From Desulfobaccales bacterium (lineage in GTDB: Bacteria > Desulfobacterota > Desulfobaccia > Desulfobaccales > 0-14-0-80-60-11), in assembly GCA_052147455.1 (NCBI GenBank), contig JBKQKO010000017.1, positions 769 through 64,768 on the forward strand: a stretch of 64,000 nt of DNA, read 5' to 3'. Numbering within the stretch: the stretch's first letter is position 1; the number at the start of each line of letters is the position of its first letter. Below the pieces are notes generated by a model. It was not told the DNA's origin. It was given only the letters and a program-made list of their open reading frames with translations, and searched no databases. Of the stretch, positions 29,826-41,919 are shown one piece after another. Position numbers and translations under genes: made by a program.

Positions 29826-30803
29826 TCAATGAGTGCGGGCCAGCAATTCTTCGGTGATCAGCCGGAAATAAGTGGACTCGGGGCAGGGCCCGAAAATCTC
29901 CAGGTTTTCCTGGGCCTTGAGGGTATGTTGGCGGGCCAGGGAGCGGCTATGGTCCAGAGAACCGTAGCGGTCGAGCAGGCGGCGCAGTTCCGGGGCCATT
30001 TCCGGGGTCAGGCCTTGGGCCATCTCCTGGAGCCTTTTGCGGTCCCGGGGACCGGCCTGGGCCAGGGCGTAAATCAAGGGCAGGGTGACGCGGCCTTCCC
30101 GCAGGTCGGCGCCCACCTCTTTGCCTAGTTCCCCCTGGTCGCCGGTGTAGTCCAGGAGGTCGTCCACCAACTGGAAGGTGATGCCGAGATGCAAGCCTAT
30201 CTGGGCCAAGGCCTCCTCCTGGGCCGGCGGCGCCCCGGCTACGATGGCGCCGATCTGGCAGGCCGCGGCCATGAGGATCGCGGTCTTGCGGGTGATGACC
30301 TCAAAGTATTCCGCCTCGGTAATCTTGAAGTTGCCGGTGTGAATCAGCTGCAAGATCTCCCCTTCGGCCATTTCGGTGGTGGCCTGGGCCAGGACCTTGA
30401 GAATCTTCAGGTGATCGGTGGTCACCGCGATGGACAGGGCCTTGGAAAGGAGGAAATCCCCCACCAGAATTACCGCCTGGTTGCCCCAGATGGTGTTGGC
30501 GGTGGTGGCCCCGCGGCGCACCTGGGCCGCGTCGATGACGTCGTCGTGCAACAGGGTCGCGGCGTGCAAGTACTCGAAAATGGTGGAGAAGTCCACCAGG
30601 TGATTGCCGCGCTGGCCGCACATCCTGGCGGCCAGGATGAAGAGCAGGGGCCGCACCCGTTTGCCGCCGCTCAGGAGGATGTGCCGCCCCACCTCGGCGA
30701 TGAGAGGCACGTGGGTCAGGAGATTAGCGGCCAGGGCCGCATCGATGGCGGCAATGTCCGTCTCCAGGGCGGCCTTGAGCAACCGTTTGGGGGGGGCAAT
30801 CAC
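29826..30803 (-). CDS. polyprenyl diphosphate synthase (IspB-like)
   Basis: GGKRVRP, LLHDDVID, FQLVDDLLD. Confidence 0.93.
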   Translation of the reverse strand: MIAPPKRLLKAALETDIAAIDAALAANLLTHVPLIAEVGRHILLSGGKRVRPLLFILAARMCGQRGNHLVDFSTIFEYLHAATLLHDDVIDAAQVRRGATTANTIWGNQAVILVGDFLLSKALSIAVTTDHLKILKVLAQATTEMAEGEILQLIHTGNFKITEAEYFEVITRKTAILMAAACQIGAIVAGAPPAQEEALAQIGLHLGITFQLVDDLLDYTGDQGELGKEVGADLREGRVTLPLIYALAQAGPRDRKRLQEMAQGLTPEMAPELRRLLDRYGSLDHSRSLARQHTLKAQENLEIFGPCPESTYFRLITEELLARTH

Positions 30804-30947
30804 GTGAATAAATTAACTTAAATCCCTTGGGAAGTCAATTTATTAGGCGAAGACGCCAGGTGCGGAAGCGCTGCCTGGCGTAAGGCAATCCGCAGGAGCG
30901 ACCCAATCACCGGCTGGAAGCCTGTGCCACTGTCGCCCCTGCCTGCC

Positions 30948-32342
30948 CTAACTGACGATTTCTCCCAGCAGATCGTAGGGCAGGGCCCGGGTGAGCCGCA
31001 CCGCCTGGATCTCCCCGACCCGGCCCTGACCGGCGGTGAGGTACACCTGGCCATCGATTTCCGGGGCCTGGCTGATCAGACGGCCGCTGAGGAGATACTC
31101 GGACTCCGGGCTCTCCCCCTCCACCAGCACCGGCTGCACCGTGCCCACCAGGGCCTTAAGGCGCGCCTTGACGATCCCCGCCTGGAGGGCCTTCAGGATC
31201 CGGGCCCGCCGCCGAGCCAGGCGGCGGGGCACCTTTTCGGGGAGGTGGCTGGCGGCGGCGCCGTCTTCGGGACTATACAAGAAGACCCCCAGATGGTCGA
31301 AGCGCAGCTCCTCAAGGAGTTCTCTAAGGGCCTGGAAGTGGGTTTCGGTCTCTCCGGGGAAACCCACCAGCACCGTGGTGCGCAGGGTCGCCCCCGGCAG
31401 GACCTCCCGGATCAGGCGCACCAGGTCGGTAATCTGGGCCCGGGTGTAGCCCCGCCCCATGCGCCGCAAGACCTCGTCGTGGCCGTGCTGGATGGGGAGA
31501 TCCAGATAGGGGCAGATGCGGGGCTCGGCCGCCATGACTTCCAGCAATTCCCGGGTGATGCGGGTCGGATAGCCGTATAGGAGGCGGATCCAGCGGAAAT
31601 CCGGAATGGCTCCCAGCTCCCGCAGCAGCGCCGGCAGCCCGGGATGGCCCGGGAGCTCCGATCCGTAGGCGGTGGTGTCCTGAGCTACCAGGATGAGTTC
31701 TTTGACCCCGGCGGCGGCCAGTGCTCCGGCCTCCGCCACCAGGGTCTTTAGAGGGCGGCTGCGGTAGGGGCCCCGGATCCGGGGAATGACGCAAAAGCTG
31801 CAGCGGTGGCTGCAACCTTCGGCGATCTTGAGGTAGGCGAGATGTGGGGGGGTGGCGGGGTAGCGGGCCTCGGGGCCCGGGTAGGCGTAAGGCGGGGCGA
31901 GGTGGAAGAGCCGGGGGGCGTTCGCCCCCGGCCTTTGCCCCAAAATCTCTACCAGGTCAGGAAAGTCGTGGACCCCGATGAGATAATCGGCTTCCGGGAG
32001 CGCGGCGGCCAGGGCTTCCCCAAAGCGCTGCACCAGACAGCCGGCCACCACCAGGCGTTTTGAGGGATCGGCCTCTTTGTGGCGGGCCAACTCCAGGACG
32101 GTATCCACCGCCTCCTGGCAGGCGTCCTGGATAAAGGCGCAGGTGTTCACCAGCAACAACTCCGCGGCATCCGGGGCCGCGGCGACCTGCCAGCCGCCCT
32201 GGGTAAGGCGGCCCAACATGATCTCCGTGTCCACCAGGTTCTTGGCGCAGCCCAGGGAGACGGCGTAGACTGCAGGACGGTTTTCGGGTTGTGGTTTTCG
32301 GTTTTCGGTGTTCAGGACGTCTAACCCCTGCTCACTGCTCAC
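30948..32342 (-). CDS. rimO: ribosomal protein S12 methylthiotransferase
   Basis: SLGCAKNLVDTE, CSHRCSFC, APEIDG and TRAM domain; exact start uncertain. Confidence 0.93.
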   Translation of the reverse strand: MSSEQGLDVLNTENRKPQPENRPAVYAVSLGCAKNLVDTEIMLGRLTQGGWQVAAAPDAAELLLVNTCAFIQDACQEAVDTVLELARHKEADPSKRLVVAGCLVQRFGEALAAALPEADYLIGVHDFPDLVEILGQRPGANAPRLFHLAPPYAYPGPEARYPATPPHLAYLKIAEGCSHRCSFCVIPRIRGPYRSRPLKTLVAEAGALAAAGVKELILVAQDTTAYGSELPGHPGLPALLRELGAIPDFRWIRLLYGYPTRITRELLEVMAAEPRICPYLDLPIQHGHDEVLRRMGRGYTRAQITDLVRLIREVLPGATLRTTVLVGFPGETETHFQALRELLEELRFDHLGVFLYSPEDGAAASHLPEKVPRRLARRRARILKALQAGIVKARLKALVGTVQPVLVEGESPESEYLLSGRLISQAPEIDGQVYLTAGQGRVGEIQAVRLTRALPYDLLGEIVS

Positions 32343-33265
32343 TGGAACGAGATCACCGTCCAGGCGTCCATAGCCGCAAACATGATAATCCAGCAGGCCA
32401 CTTGGACCAGGCAGGCCCAGCCGCGATGCCGCGGCGTGGTGAGGACCCGTTCCTCCAGGGCCTGCATAAAATTATACATGACGGCGCACTCCAGGGCAAA
32501 GGGCAGGAACCCCAGGTAGCCCAGGACCGGCATGGCGAAGATCCTGCCGAAGTTCAAGACCGGCAGGGTATAGACCCAGCGGGCCGTGGCCGGGTAATTC
32601 CAGGCTTCCCACCAAAGGCCGGTAAGCAGGCCGGCGGTCAACAGGCAGAGGAACTCCCGCCGCTCTCCCTCGAGAAAGTCCTGAATCAGGGAGCGCCCCC
32701 CCAGCAGCCGGGAAAAAGGGTCCAGGAGGAGGAACCAGCCAAGCCACACCAGGGGGAAGGCAGAGCCGGGCCAGATCAGGGGCAGGATTAACGAGACGGT
32801 CCCGCCCAGCAGGGCTAAAGGTTCCCAGGCAAAGGGCAACTGCACGGGCCGGCCCCGGGCCCCCCGCCAGGCTCCCAGGGCCGCCAGGCCCTGGGCGGTG
32901 AGCAGGACGCCGGGCAGCACCGTGGCGAAGGCCAGGGCGTAGCCCGGCCAGCGTAACCAGGGATTGGCCACTACTCCCACATAGCCCCAGTTTCTCAAGA
33001 CCAGGTTGTAGGCCTCGAAGATGAGCCAGAAGCTCACGGACCAGAAGGCCATCTTGAAGAGCGCCCCGGGCCGGGACAGCAGCCAGGAATCGCCCCGGAG
33101 CTGAAAAAGCAGCCCATCCCAAAAAAGGATCAGGGGATACCAGGAGAAGAAGTACAGCCATTGGAGCAGCTCCCGGCGGCCCCAAACCACGGCCGCCAGC
33201 CCCACTCCCCAAAGGGCCAGGGCCAGCAAAATTTCGCCATGTGCTAATTTTCTTTTACTAACCAT
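32339..33265 (-). CDS. integral membrane protein with two internally repeated halves
   Basis: Multiple TM segments; FEAYN...NWGY repeated as WEAWN...RWVY. Confidence 0.8.
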   Translation of the reverse strand: MVSKRKLAHGEILLALALWGVGLAAVVWGRRELLQWLYFFSWYPLILFWDGLLFQLRGDSWLLSRPGALFKMAFWSVSFWLIFEAYNLVLRNWGYVGVVANPWLRWPGYALAFATVLPGVLLTAQGLAALGAWRGARGRPVQLPFAWEPLALLGGTVSLILPLIWPGSAFPLVWLGWFLLLDPFSRLLGGRSLIQDFLEGERREFLCLLTAGLLTGLWWEAWNYPATARWVYTLPVLNFGRIFAMPVLGYLGFLPFALECAVMYNFMQALEERVLTTPRHRGWACLVQVACWIIMFAAMDAWTVISFQ

Positions 33266-33466
33266 ATGTTGCCTTAGATATTAATGATAACAACATTTTA
33301 GCTATTTGAAAACCCCTCCGCGCCCGCTGCGGGCCGCTCCGAGGGCATAAATTTTTCTTGATTCCCTGGCAAAATGCTGCTATACGAGAAAAACCCACAA
33401 AATTTTGGGACCTCCTGGGGGAGGCCAAGGTACTAGACCTGAAATTCCGCAGTCTCGGAGCGGGGG

Positions 33467-35041
33467 ATGAAAAGACACCTTAGGATGTCGCGGCTGGGAT
33501 GGGTAGCTCTTTGTCTGGGGTGTCTGGCCTGGCTGGCCGGTTGCGGCGGCGGGACCAAGGCCGGCCTGATGAAGACGGAACCTCTGGCCCAGGAGCAGAT
33601 GACCCTGGCTCCGGGATCGTCCGATGAGTCCCTGACCGAGGAGCTGAGCGGTAAGCACCTGGAGGATCTTTACGCCAAGAGCGGCATCTCCGGCTGCGAC
33701 CCGGCTCTGGAAGAGGAGTTGAAGCAGTGGGAGCATCAGGTCAATTTCGATGTGCCCATCCAGATGAACAAGCAGGTGCGGGCCTACCTGATCTATTTCT
33801 CCACCGAACGTAAAGAGGTCATCAAAAATTATCTGGCCCGCTCCACCCGTTATCTTCCCATGATTAAAGAGGTCTTCGAGGAATACGGCTTGCCGGAAGA
33901 CCTGGCATATCTCGCCATGATTGAGTCCGGCTTCAACTGCAAGGCCTATTCCCCCGCGGCCGCCGCGGGTATGTGGCAGTTCGTCAAGGGCACTGGCCTG
34001 CGCTACGGGCTGACCGTCGATAGCTATGTGGACGAGCGCCGGGACCCGGAGAAATCCACCCGGGCTGCGGCCAAGTACCTCCTGGACCTTTATAAACAAT
34101 TCGGCTCCTGGTATCTGGCGGCCGCCTCCTATAACTGCGGTGAAGGAAGAGTGCAGCGGGAGTTGGACCAGAGCAACCACAAGAATTTCTGGGAACTCTC
34201 CGCCAACATGTGCCTCCCCAATGAAACCAAGAATTATGTGCCTCAGATGATCGCGGCCACCATCATTGCCAAGAATCCGGAGAAATTCGGCTTGGGCAAA
34301 ATCCCTTACCAGGCTGCCGTAAAATTTGACCGGGTCCAGGTGGACGAGCCCACCTCCTTGAAGGCCGTGGCCTTTGCGACCAACAGGCCGGAGGAAGATG
34401 TTCAAGCCCTCAACCCGGAGTTGCTGCGGGGCGTTACTCCTCCGGACAGCCCCAATTATACCTTGAACCTGCCGGCCAATAGTAAGGAGCTCTTCAACCG
34501 GAACCTCACCCTGGCCCGCATCGAGTGTCCGGCGGCGGCCTCCCGCCCGGTCCAGACCGCCAGGAACGGCAGCCGCCAATATTCCCGGAGCCGGAGCCAG
34601 GCCTCCCACCAGGCCGAGACTAAGGCTGCGCCCCCAAGGCCCTCCCGTGAGGCCGAGACTAAGGCTGCATCCCCAAAATCCAGGACTTTCGCCAAGGCCG
34701 CCCCGCATTCCCCTGCCGGGATTACTACCGCCAGGAAGAGCAATGGTCCTGGGGTCAAAGAGGCCCCAGCCACGGTGCAGGCCTCCATGTTTGGTGGGAT
34801 AGCCGCAACCTCCAAGGCGAGCGCCGCCGGCAAGGCCAAAGAAAAGACGCCGGCCAGGGTGGCCAAGACCGGGGCTAAGAAGCCGGCGCAGGCCAGGTCC
34901 AAGAAGAGTGAGGCGGCCGTCAAGGTCGCCGCCAGGACCAAAACCGCGGGGAAGAACGGCGCCCCTTCCGGGAAATCCAAAGACAGGGATAAGTATTCCA
35001 AGGCGAGTTCTCCGGCCTTGCAGATGTCCCAGGCCCGCTGA
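33467..35041 (+). CDS. MltD-like lytic transglycosylase lipoprotein with a Lys/Ala-rich tail
   Basis: Lipobox LAGC; LAMIESGF, AAGMWQF, DERRDPEKST, ASYNCGEG, ETKNYVP. Confidence 0.9.
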   Translation: MKRHLRMSRLGWVALCLGCLAWLAGCGGGTKAGLMKTEPLAQEQMTLAPGSSDESLTEELSGKHLEDLYAKSGISGCDPALEEELKQWEHQVNFDVPIQMNKQVRAYLIYFSTERKEVIKNYLARSTRYLPMIKEVFEEYGLPEDLAYLAMIESGFNCKAYSPAAAAGMWQFVKGTGLRYGLTVDSYVDERRDPEKSTRAAAKYLLDLYKQFGSWYLAAASYNCGEGRVQRELDQSNHKNFWELSANMCLPNETKNYVPQMIAATIIAKNPEKFGLGKIPYQAAVKFDRVQVDEPTSLKAVAFATNRPEEDVQALNPELLRGVTPPDSPNYTLNLPANSKELFNRNLTLARIECPAAASRPVQTARNGSRQYSRSRSQASHQAETKAAPPRPSREAETKAASPKSRTFAKAAPHSPAGITTARKSNGPGVKEAPATVQASMFGGIAATSKASAAGKAKEKTPARVAKTGAKKPAQARSKKSEAAVKVAARTKTAGKNGAPSGKSKDRDKYSKASSPALQMSQAR

Positions 35042-35152
35042 GCGCGAATTTTCCAGCCTCGCCCCGCGCCTGAGGGGCGTCCATCCGTAATTCTGCAAAA
35101 AAGTTTTCCCAGCCCCCTTGCTTTTCCAAAATTAATAGATACATTTCTAGGA

Positions 35153-35179
35153 TTAGCACTAACCGCTATAGAGTGCTAA
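35153..35179 (+). promoter_or_regulatory. CIRCE element (HrcA operator)
   Basis: TTAGCACTA-ACCGCTATA-GAGTGCTAA; one mismatch to TTAGCACTC-N9-GAGTGCTAA; upstream of groES. Confidence 0.93.
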
Positions 35180-35203
35180 CAAATTACCAGGAGGAGGTTT
35201 TGC

Positions 35204-37221
<2,018 letters not shown>

Positions 37222-37253
37222 AATAAAGGAAAGACCGCCAATCGCGTATGAAA

Positions 37254-37284
37254 AAAAGGGCGACCCAACGGGTCGCCCTTTCTT
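37254..37284. terminator. probable bidirectional intrinsic terminator
   Basis: AAAAGGGCGACCC-AAC-GGGTCGCCCTTTCTT between convergent genes. Confidence 0.85.
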
Positions 37285-37365
37285 ATGAGGGTTGGGTGGG
37301 GGGGTGAAGAGGGCAGGGCGCCTTACAAAAATGCCGGCCCACCCCCAGGATCTTTTTCCCCCTCC

Positions 37366-38202
37366 TCAACTCCCCGCGGCCTTAAGGGCCGGATCGTAGA
37401 ATTTCCGGGCGTATTCCTTCACCATGCGCCGGGCGCTGAAAGCGGGACCGCTGCTCTTCATGGCCTCCTGCATCATTTTCACCCAGTCCAGGGGGATGCC
37501 GTCCTCATCCATTTGATAGTAGAGGGGCACCACCTCTTTCTCCAAGAGATCATAGAGGGCTGCGGCATCAATGGCGTCGGCCACCGGCTCTCCGCCGAAG
37601 GCCCAGCCGTTCTTGCCGTTAAAGCCTTCCGGCCACCAGCCGTCCAGGATGCTGAGGTGCAACACCCCATTGATGGCGGCCTTCATGCCGCTGGTGCCGC
37701 AGGCCTCCAGGGGCGGGCGGGGGTTGTTGAGCCACACGTCCACCCCTTGGACCAGGTGATAGGCCAGTGGCGCGCCATAATCCTCAACGAAGGCGATGCG
37801 GCCCCCCAGTTCCCGGTTCTGGGCCAGGGAAAAGATCTGTTGCAGCACGCGCTTGCCCGGATCGTCAGCGGGATGGGCCTTGCCGGCAAAGATGAATTGC
37901 AGGAGCCGCCAGGGGTCATGGAGCAGCCGTTTCAAGCGCTCCAGATCGGTGAAGATCAGATCGGCCCGCTTGTAGGTGGCAAACCGCCTGGCAAAACCGA
38001 TGGTCAGGGCCGCCGGGTCCAGCAGCGCCCCGCCCACCACCACGTTGCTCAGGCCCCCTTGATTTTCCACCCAGCGGCGCCGGGTCTGCTCCCGGATATA
38101 ATTGATCAGCTTGAGCTTCCAGCGAAAGTGCAGGTCCCAGAATTGTGCCGCGGGAATGTTAGCCACCGCCCGCCAGGCCGCCCGGTTCGCTTGACATGGC
38201 AC
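37366..38202 (-). pseudogene. glgP: alpha-glucan phosphorylase, C-terminal fragment only
   Basis: GFARRFATYKRA, FAGKAHP, EACGTSGMKA; 278 aa versus more than 550 aa for complete enzymes; no N-terminal domain upstream. Confidence 0.8.
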
Positions 38203-38248
38203 TCAGGGAATCTATCTTAAGTGAAAAATTAGCAAGGGGAAAATCTAT

Positions 38249-38863
38249 ATGAAAGTCCTGGTGGTTTATTACTCGATGTACGGCCACGTATTGCAACTGG
38301 CCCAGTCCGTGGTGGATGGGGTCAAGTCGGTGGCGGGGGTGGAGGCGGTGCTGCGCCGGGTCCAGGAATTTGAAGATATTGAACGGGATCTTGCCCGGCA
38401 CGAGCACGCCCTGGCGGTGTGGAACCGCCAGCAGGATATCCCCGTCTGCACCCTGGACGACCTGAAAGAGGCGGACGGCATCATCTTCGGCACGCCGACC
38501 CGCTATGGCAACATGACGGCCCAGATGAAGCGGCTGTTCGATGGCACGGCCAAGTTATGGCTGGAAGGAGCCTTTGAGGGCAAGCCGGCCGGGGTGTTCA
38601 CCTCCACGGCCACCACCCACGGAGGCCAGGAGACCACCTGCCTGACCATGATGGTCCCCCTGCTGCACCTGGGCTTCATCATTGTGGGGGTCCCCTATTC
38701 GACTCCGGGGATGCTTCATACGGAAGGGCGGGGGGGCACCCCTTACGGCGCCTCCACCGTGGCCGGGCCGGGCAATGACCTGGCCCCCGCGCCGGAAGAC
38801 CTGGCCATCGCCCGGGCCTTGGGCCGGCGGGTGGCTGAGATCACCCGGAAACTGCGGGGCTGA
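38249..38863 (+). CDS. wrbA: NAD(P)H:quinone oxidoreductase WrbA
   Basis: YYSMYGH, GTPTRYGNM, THGGQETT, GGTPYGAS; TTGACA-16 nt-TATCTT promoter at 38191-38218. Confidence 0.95.
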   Translation: MKVLVVYYSMYGHVLQLAQSVVDGVKSVAGVEAVLRRVQEFEDIERDLARHEHALAVWNRQQDIPVCTLDDLKEADGIIFGTPTRYGNMTAQMKRLFDGTAKLWLEGAFEGKPAGVFTSTATTHGGQETTCLTMMVPLLHLGFIIVGVPYSTPGMLHTEGRGGTPYGASTVAGPGNDLAPAPEDLAIARALGRRVAEITRKLRG

Positions 38864-39017
38864 TAACCGGTAATGGTCAAAATAACCAGGCCAGGCAACT
38901 CTTGGACCGGTATCGAGCCGGCGGCCACCGGCCGCCCTGGAAAATCCCCTCTCCCTGCCGGCTTTTAGGGCGGACACCCGGGTCCGCCCCTGCAGCCCTC
39001 GAACTTTTTGCTCTCGA

Positions 39018-40025
39018 TCAGCCCACCAACAGCACGGCGGCGCCCTGGATCTGGCCCCGGCGCAGTTGATCCAGGGCCTCGTTGGCCTCCTCCAGGCGGA
39101 AAATCTGCACCTCGGTCTTCACCGGCACCCGGGGGGCCAGGGCCAGGAATTCCTCGCCGTCCCGGCGGGTGAGGTTGGCCACGGAGCGGAGCACCCGTTC
39201 GCCCCAGAGGATCTCATAGGGAAAGGCGGGAATCTCGCTCATGTGGATGCCGCCGCAGACCACGGTGCCGCCCCGGGCGGTGGCCCGCAGGGCCGCGGGG
39301 ATCAAGGAGCCCACCGGGGCAAAGATGATGGCGGCATCCAACTCTGCCGGGGGCAGTTTATCGGAGTCGCCGGCCCAGACGGCCCCCAGGCTCCGGGCAA
39401 ACTCCTGGGTCCGGGCATCCCCCGGCCGGGTGAAGCCGTAAACCTGTTTGCCCTGGTGCACCGCCACCTGGACGGTAATGTGGGCCGCGGCCCCGAAACC
39501 GTAAATCCCCAGGCGCTCCACCGCCTCTCCGGCCAGGCGCAAGCAGCGGTAGCCGATGAGCCCGGCGCACAACAGGGGGGCGGCCTCGGCCTCGCCGTAA
39601 TCCGGAGGCAGTTGGAAGCCGTAGCCCTGGTGCGCCACGGTGTATTGGGCATAGCCCCCGTCCAGGGTGTAGCCGGTGAAGCCGGGATGGTCGCAGAGGT
39701 TCTCCCGGCCCTGGCGGCAGTAACGGCAGCGGCCGCAGGTGTAGCCCAGCCACGGCACCCCGATGCGGTCGCCGATCCTGAACTTATCCACCCCCTGGCC
39801 CAGGGCCGCCACCGTGCCGACAATCTCATGACCGAGGATCAGGGGCAGTTTGGGTTCGGTCAAGTCCCCGTCCACGATGTGCAAATCGGTGCGGCAGACC
39901 CCGCAGGCCAGCACCCGGATGAGCACCTGCTCCGGGCCGGGCCGGGGAACCGGGATTTCCAGAAACCGGAGTGGTTGCCCCGGCGCCTCCAATACCATGG
40001 CCTTAACCTTCTCGGGGATCTGCAA
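39018..40025 (-). CDS. zinc-dependent alcohol dehydrogenase family protein
   Basis: CGVCRTDLH, GHEIVG, CGRCRYC...C, YGFGAAAH. Confidence 0.93.
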   Translation of the reverse strand: MQIPEKVKAMVLEAPGQPLRFLEIPVPRPGPEQVLIRVLACGVCRTDLHIVDGDLTEPKLPLILGHEIVGTVAALGQGVDKFRIGDRIGVPWLGYTCGRCRYCRQGRENLCDHPGFTGYTLDGGYAQYTVAHQGYGFQLPPDYGEAEAAPLLCAGLIGYRCLRLAGEAVERLGIYGFGAAAHITVQVAVHQGKQVYGFTRPGDARTQEFARSLGAVWAGDSDKLPPAELDAAIIFAPVGSLIPAALRATARGGTVVCGGIHMSEIPAFPYEILWGERVLRSVANLTRRDGEEFLALAPRVPVKTEVQIFRLEEANEALDQLRRGQIQGAAVLLVG

Positions 40026-40144
40026 GTGATTCAGCCTCCGCAGGGAGATGGATCTTTTTGTTAGGGAGCCGGGCGCCGGGTCACCAGCCCTGTGCTCCTT
40101 CTAAGGCGCCGCCGGTGGCCAAGAATCTAGCTGGCCCCGGCGCC

Positions 40145-40346
40145 TTAGTGTGATGCTGCATAATTGCTAGGATATTTCAAACTACGGTTTTTTTAACCCC
40201 TCTTTGAAAAAGGGGGACAGGGGGGATTTAAAATAACCTCCCGAAATCCCCCTAAATCCCCCTTTCCCAAAGGGGGATATTAACACCCTTGGAATTTAGG
40301 TTTTCATTTGATTTAATGCCATCATATTTATGAAGCATAACACTAG
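40145..40346. mobile_element. MITE of about 200 bp, copy 2 (inverted relative to 22924-23128)
   Basis: Reverse complement aligns end to end with 22924-23128. Confidence 0.85.
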
Positions 40347-40376
40347 CTAATCAATTCATAGAATTTACAAGCTATT

Positions 40377-40645
40377 TCCCTCTACCCCCTTGGGGGGAGA
40401 GGGAAGGGTGCGGGGGGTATGGACGGTCTTTGTAGGGCGTACCATGTGTGTGCCCCCTACGAAATGGTGGTCAGTAGGGGCGGGTTTTAAACCCGCCCCT
40501 ACGAAAAACCATGCGAAGCCACCCCTCAGCCTGTCCCTTACAAAAAATCTCCTCGCCGGTAGGTGGGGCGGGCCGCAGTAATCGCCAACCAGGGCAGGCA
40601 GGGACGCCTGCCCCACCGAAACCCCGCCCCTACGGCGGGGGGGGC
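40377..40645. repeat. cluster of GTAG-type REP palindromes
   Basis: GTAGGGCGTACCATGTGTGTGCCCCCTAC, GTAGGGGCGGGTTTTAAACCCGCCCCTAC, GGGCAGGCAGGGACGCCTGCCCC and others. Confidence 0.8.
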
Positions 40646-40987
40646 GAGGGGATTTAGTGAGCATCGGTATAATATGTGGATATCGCTGAAATTACAATGG
40701 TCTAGAGTTTAACTGCGAGATAGTGTAATCTTCTCCATGGAATTTTGTTGCCGGACACCGCCCCGCTCCTCTAAAGGCCGTCCGTTGTCGGGAGGATCAA
40801 TTTGTGCGGCATAATCGCAATTGCGGTGGCTGCCAAAAGAATTTTTCCAGGCAGCGGTCTCAAATTGGAATTGCGCCCCGGGGCCGCCTCGGTTATAATG
40901 TTTACCAAAACCAATGGCCGGGTTAGCTGCATCGGGAGGAAACGATCCTCCCGATAATTTTTGTATTTCCGGTAAGGGAAGGTAATT

Positions 40988-41662
40988 ATGGTAGTCGGGG
41001 AAAGAAAGCCGCTCGCCGAGATCAAGGAGATGGTGCGTCCCTACAAGAAGATCCTGGTGGCCGGGTGCGAAACCTGTACCGCCGAGTCCATGAGCGGTGG
41101 CCGCAAGCAGGTGGCTGAGCTGGCCGCGGCGCTGGAAATGGCCTTCCGCCTGGAAGGCAAGAAACTGGAGGTCCTGGAAATCAGCGTTGATCGCCAGTGC
41201 ATCCACGAGTTTCTGCTGGATCTCATCGACCAGGCCGAGGGGGTGGAGGCGGTGCTCTCCATCGCCTGCGGCGCCGGTATTCAGAGCATCGCCGAACGCC
41301 TGCCGGGGAAGCCGGTTTACCCGGGGTTGAATACCATGTTCATCGGGGAGACTGCGGCTAACGGCCTCTGGCAGGAACGCTGTCAGGGATGTGGCGACTG
41401 CATGCTGGGCCTCACCGGCGGCCTCTGCCCCGTGACCCGCTGCGCCAAGGGTCTCCTCAACGGCCCGTGCGGCGGCTCCCAGGGTGGCAAGTGCGAGGTG
41501 TCGTTGACCCTCAAGTGCGACGTTCCCTGCGTCTGGGCCATGATCTACGACCGCCTCAGCCAGTTGGGGAACCTGCAAAGCCTCATGGAATATCGCCCGC
41601 CCAAGGACTGGCGCCCCGGGGGCGCCATCGGCCCCCGCCAGTTGGTGCGGTGCAATGTCTGA
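40988..41662 (+). CDS. MetV-like protein (methylenetetrahydrofolate reductase C-terminal Fe-S/Zn domain)
   Basis: GCETC, RQC, ACGAG, CQGCGDC, CPVTRCAKGLLNGPCGG...CEV...CVW. Confidence 0.9.
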   Translation: MVVGERKPLAEIKEMVRPYKKILVAGCETCTAESMSGGRKQVAELAAALEMAFRLEGKKLEVLEISVDRQCIHEFLLDLIDQAEGVEAVLSIACGAGIQSIAERLPGKPVYPGLNTMFIGETAANGLWQERCQGCGDCMLGLTGGLCPVTRCAKGLLNGPCGGSQGGKCEVSLTLKCDVPCVWAMIYDRLSQLGNLQSLMEYRPPKDWRPGGAIGPRQLVRCNV

Positions 41663-41919
41663 TCACCTTTAAGATCAAGCTGCCTGAGAGGGGCCGGCAG
41701 GAGCTGCCGGCCTTTTTGTTTTTTTCGTTAGGGTCCCTCGCCGTTCCCTTTTTTCTCCCCCGTCCCATTAAATTATTGTAATTTTGTCGGAGTCGGCTAT
41801 TGTAAAATTAATGTAATGCGTCCCGGCGGCCAAATCAGGGTTTGACCAAATTTGCCGGAAAAGAGGGGCAAGGGAACGCCGCCAAAAATCGCAACCTTCC
41901 CGTTTTAACATCATGATAA

